From Dicyema japonicum (taxonomy: Eukaryota > Animalia > Dicyemida): 64,000 nt of DNA. Below the pieces are notes generated by a model, which was not told where the DNA came from, made no database searches, and worked only from the letters and a program-made list of their open reading frames with translations. A program made the translations under genes and the position numbers. The first letter of the stretch is position 1. Each line of letters begins with the position of its first letter. Location of the stretch: contig RDEW01000045.1 in NCBI GenBank assembly GCA_011109175.1, positions 239,417 to 303,416 on the forward strand, in the 5' to 3' direction. Below are positions 60,265 to 64,000 of the stretch, piece by piece.

Positions 60265-61288
60265 TTATGAGATTACATGAATATACTCTGTTGGGTTAAA
60301 CGATTTGTCTCTAATTGCCTGTAAATTCAAATTCTGTATAATAACAAAAATTATACTTTGAAAAACGGATGATCCAACACATCACTATCCTTTAAGGACC
60401 CAAGTCGTTTGTTTGGGTTTTTAACAAGTAACTGAGATTCACAAAGTGTAATACCTTCGAGATTATATCCTTGCACATTTTATTTGTTCCAATGGGGAAG
60501 TAAGGGTAGAGTCCGAGAATATCCGAGCATAGTTTTAGAATATCCATTTTTAAGTAAGGAAACAAAATATAAATAAAACAATAATACTTTTCGAAAGTAC
60601 ATGTAATAAATGACAATCCCTAAACACCACCAATCCACACTATAGTTGAATTGATGGTAGATTATCAGTTCAGGTGAGGCATAAACCGGGGACCCAGCCA
60701 TTGATTTGCAAGATTCATCTCGACTAACTTTCATTTCGCTGATACCAAAGTCAGTAATTTTAACGTAACCATCCGACCCCAACAACAAATTTTCTAATTT
60801 AAGGTCCCCAAGGTGGGCAAAAAGAACGAACCTATGAATGATCATGTTATCATGAAGGAACTCCAATCCAAGTGCTACGCAGGCGGAATAAAACTTTACT
60901 TGGCGCAAACTAAAACGATGTCTTCTCTGCAGATATTCTAAATCTCCCAAATCAAAGTACTCTAGAGCGAAACAAATATTGGACTAAAGTTAGACCGAAC
61001 TAAACCTCATCATAAAAGTAGGAATTTATGTGAACAAATAAGTGACTGTCCGATCTTGTTACCAAATCAAAAATCACCAATTCATTTCGTATTCTTTTTA
61101 ATTCTACGGATTCGTCAATATTTTGACTTTTCACTGCGGCTTTATTTTGACTCCTATCTTCGAACAAGGCAACCTATTATTTTAGTCAAACTACCTTTCC
61201 AAATCCCCCAATTGCTATTGTCCCTATTTTAGTATAATCAGTTGGGGAGGACCTAATCAATATATCACATGTTGTACATTTTAACCAT
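60265..61288 (-). CDS. AGC-family (PKC/PKN-like) Ser/Thr kinase, catalytic domain only, 8 exons; two introns lack AG
   Basis: GGFGK|V, AAVK, HR|DLKLEN, DFG, GSPVYASPE, VDWWCLG, LLVKNPNKRLG and HPFFK; seven introns of 21-25 nt. Confidence 0.87.
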
Positions 61289-61854
61289 CAAATTTAGAGT
61301 ATTCAACAAATTTTTTAATTTTTCAATATTTTTGTCACTCATTGAATATTTTATCGGTTTTTTATTTATAATTGGGGAATTAATTTTCTTAAAAATAATT
61401 TTTGTAGTTATTAAACTTTAATTTTATTTCATTTTCCGATTTATGATTTATTTTATGAAAATTAATAAAAAGTTAATTTGTTGTCTAAGTAAAGCTATTC
61501 TACCAAAAACCAGATATGGACTGAAGGAATTCACTTCCTTATCCATCCTCGTTATACGGTACATGTGACACAAATTACTGGGGCGAGATCACCGCTTATG
61601 AAAGACCATCTTTTTGTTAAAGACAAGTTCGAGATCTCTTTGCTTCCTTAGAAGCGAAGGATCTCTGTGAGCGATCTGACTTAAAATTCAATTTAAAACT
61701 ATTTTCTTAGAATATAAACTATAATGCAGATAACTTGTTACATTATGAGGCAGGTTAAATTTTCAACTCTAAACTTTATCTAATTCGGCAATTCTCTTTG
61801 AATAATTCTATCAATGTCAAAAATCAATCAATCTTATTGGTACTATATAAAAAA

Positions 61855-62030
61855 AACGTCCGGATGGAATGACCATCTTTCAGTTTGTCGGTGAAAAGCT
61901 TATTGTCTGGATTGTCACATTCACGAATACCTTCGCCTTAAACAACGTCCATCAGAGTGCTGTCAAAACCTGTTCAGTCACTGGAACAGCTGAGACATTG
62001 AAGCCTCTGAATTTTTGCTGATGCAATGTT
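61855..62030 (+). mobile_element. CRE-like endonuclease fragment
   Basis: KRPDGMTIFQF...LIVWIVTFTNTFA. Confidence 0.65.
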
Positions 62031-62194
62031 TGTTTTCATAATTATAAATCTCTAGAGATCTCTCACTCTTTTCCTAGGATTTTTTAAAATACTCGGAAAC
62101 AAATGTTCTGGCTGGCGTAGTGTATTCTTTTTAGATACTTTTCATACAACAGGCAAACCAAAACAAAACCACATTTTTCATAGGAATCCTAGTA

Positions 62195-62390
62195 CCGTCC
62201 GACCCCGAATTGGGGCAGACCCCAGGGGTGGGGCACCCTCGGATTTTGGGGCATTTTTTTTGGCCAACATTTTGGCAGAGTAAAATGGAAAATCGATAAA
62301 AAATATGGAAATTTTGGGGCACTATAAAATTGTGGGGAATGAAATTATAAGTAAATAAAATTATATTTTATTAATAAATATATAATTTTA
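62195..62390 (+). mobile_element. pogo-like terminal segment truncated by the CRE insertion
   Basis: TA|CCGTCCGACCCCGAATTGGGG resembles the TIR ending at 16473 (CAGTGTAACCCCGGTTTGGG). Confidence 0.4.
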
Positions 62391-64000
62391 ATTTACACGT
62401 TTTCTCCCGCTTTCATTGCCGACCTCAAAAGTTTCGACTGGGAAAAGCTGTCAGTACAGGCAGCATCCCAAATTAAGCATTTGCCCCGAGAGAAGGGGAA
62501 GACAGTTAATTCCATCGGTCGCTTCCCATCATCCCTACTCAAGCCCGTTGGCTATAGAATGGATGGGTATCCCGCCAACTCGAGGGCGCGCTTCACCACT
62601 TCATTTATAGCCTTGTGTCTAGCGAATCGGCCTGCGCTTTTTCGACAAGAAAGGGCATGATGTCCATAGCAGTTGACCTTCCGGCCGCATCGGCACTCAT
62701 GTGGTTGACAAACTTTCAATCCAAGTCTGATGGAGACTCCGGTGCGGACCGTTTCATCGTCTAGGTGAGTTCCCACGTTTCCAATGGGTAGGGCATTGAT
62801 CCAAGCCCCGCTCCACTCGCATCTTGCAGTTAAAAGAAAGGCTCGTCGGTGTTGGTTAGATATTTTCAAAAGCCTCTCGTATTTATCCTCGCAAACAGAC
62901 TCATAAAGGTCTCTCTGCCCGAGTTGTTTGACTTTATGGTGTACCAAATCTTCGATCTTTGACGACTCTGATGGGAGCTGGAGAATCATCATGATCAAAT
63001 TCTGATTGGAGTCCAATGAGGATTGATATGCCGGGTGTGCTAAATCAGATGGTGAGACAATTTTGAGTCCACCAAAGCGAACGGGCAAGGTTGCTTGTCC
63101 CAATCCTTGTTCGTCGAATTCGACATTAGTAATACGTTCGGTCGTAGACCGGAATAGGGAGTCAATTCGCCCCAAGTTGTTGCATTTTCAGGTAACATGG
63201 AGCTCCTCGAAGGACGTAATTTAATTTCTGCGTGGATAAAGCGTTTTTCACGAGAAAAAGAGAGGTATGTGCATCCAGCATCCCAAGGCGTAAAAAAGTT
63301 TTTCTTAGTTGCTGTTCTTTAGCCAACAGAGTGTCGTTAATTCCAGTTTCAGCCAGAGGGCATCCAAGTATTTCCAAATGATCCGGCTCGATTTCCGATA
63401 TTTTAGGAATAATCCCCCGAAACATTAATAGGATCCGATTCCATTCATATCGGGAGAATCCATAATTAACAATTTCGCATTTGGATGCGTTTAGCTTTAA
63501 ACCAAGCGTATCCAATTGGTTGTAATCTCTGTAGACAGTCATATACATTGTTAGGATGACCTCCCAGGGTGCAATCATCCAAATACCACACGTTCAGCGG
63601 AGTAGTAAGGCATCTCATGACACGGTCGACACCGAGGCAGAACAATGCCGGTCCTAGTGGGTCTCCTTGTTGAACCCCACACGACGAGGGAATGAAGTAT
63701 TTCCCATGTACAAGACTGGACGGTTTTCCATACGAACAATGAACATAATTATATATAGACGGGTAATGGGTAAGACAATCTTCCAAAATTACATCGCGCC
63801 GTATGGTATTGAAGGCGTTTTTTATGTCAATCTTGAGGACCACACAAGGCATGTTCGTTCTGTTTCCAGTAAACATCCGAACGGCATGAACCGCCGCCTC
63901 ACATCCACCAGGAGTACCGACCCCTACTTGGGTTGGTCGCAGTTGTTTGACAAGCATCGGAAGGATTGCTCTGCTAGCAAGTTTAGAAGCCAGTCGACGA
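62390..64000 (-). mobile_element. CRE-clade retrotransposon (RT and endonuclease), runs off the window
   Basis: QVGVGTPGGCEAAVH, DIKNAFN, VQQGDPLG, WYLDD and HHALSC...RH. Confidence 0.9.

Noticed and set aside
61631-61665. Strong hairpin as a possible snRNA or snoRNA
   Set aside because: No recognisable U-RNA, Sm-site or C/D box context; the region also reads as a coding-like frame.
1-64000. Bacterial or microsporidian origin of the whole window; rRNA or tRNA genes
   Set aside because: Spliceosomal introns, an intraflagellar-transport gene and animal-type genes are interleaved with the TEs. No rRNA or cloverleaf signature was seen by eye.

Overview
AT-rich eukaryotic genomic DNA, most of it nested and degenerate transposons. 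Non-LTR retrotransposons: RTE-like, Jockey/I-like, CRE-like and R4/NeSL-like. DNA transposons: Ginger-like, Buster-type hAT, pogo/Tigger, Tc1/IS630-like and a MITE. A few host genes survive and are split by extremely short (21-27 nt) GT-AG introns that the ORF track misses: WDR35/IFT121 (24 introns), a synaptophysin-family gene, striatin, an AGC kinase, a broken IMP4, a decayed nuclear-receptor DNA-binding domain and a tentative MAU2-like remnant. Animal-type genes plus miniature introns suggest a dicyemid-like mesozoan (inference). Host genes carry scattered 1-nt indels, mostly in homopolymers, so the assembly is probably unpolished and every lesion needs read-level confirmation. Main observations: (1) three unrelated DNA transposase genes carry miniature introns that run about 4 nt longer than host introns; (2) one kinase gene has two introns lacking the AG acceptor; (3) a CRE retrotransposon has an N-terminal PHD-like finger; (4) a TSD-flanked RTE has lost its RT core in frame; (5) an unclassified two-copy repeat encodes a conserved modular ORF. 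No rRNA, tRNA or CRISPR array was found. All identifications come from manual translation and recalled family motifs, not database searches.
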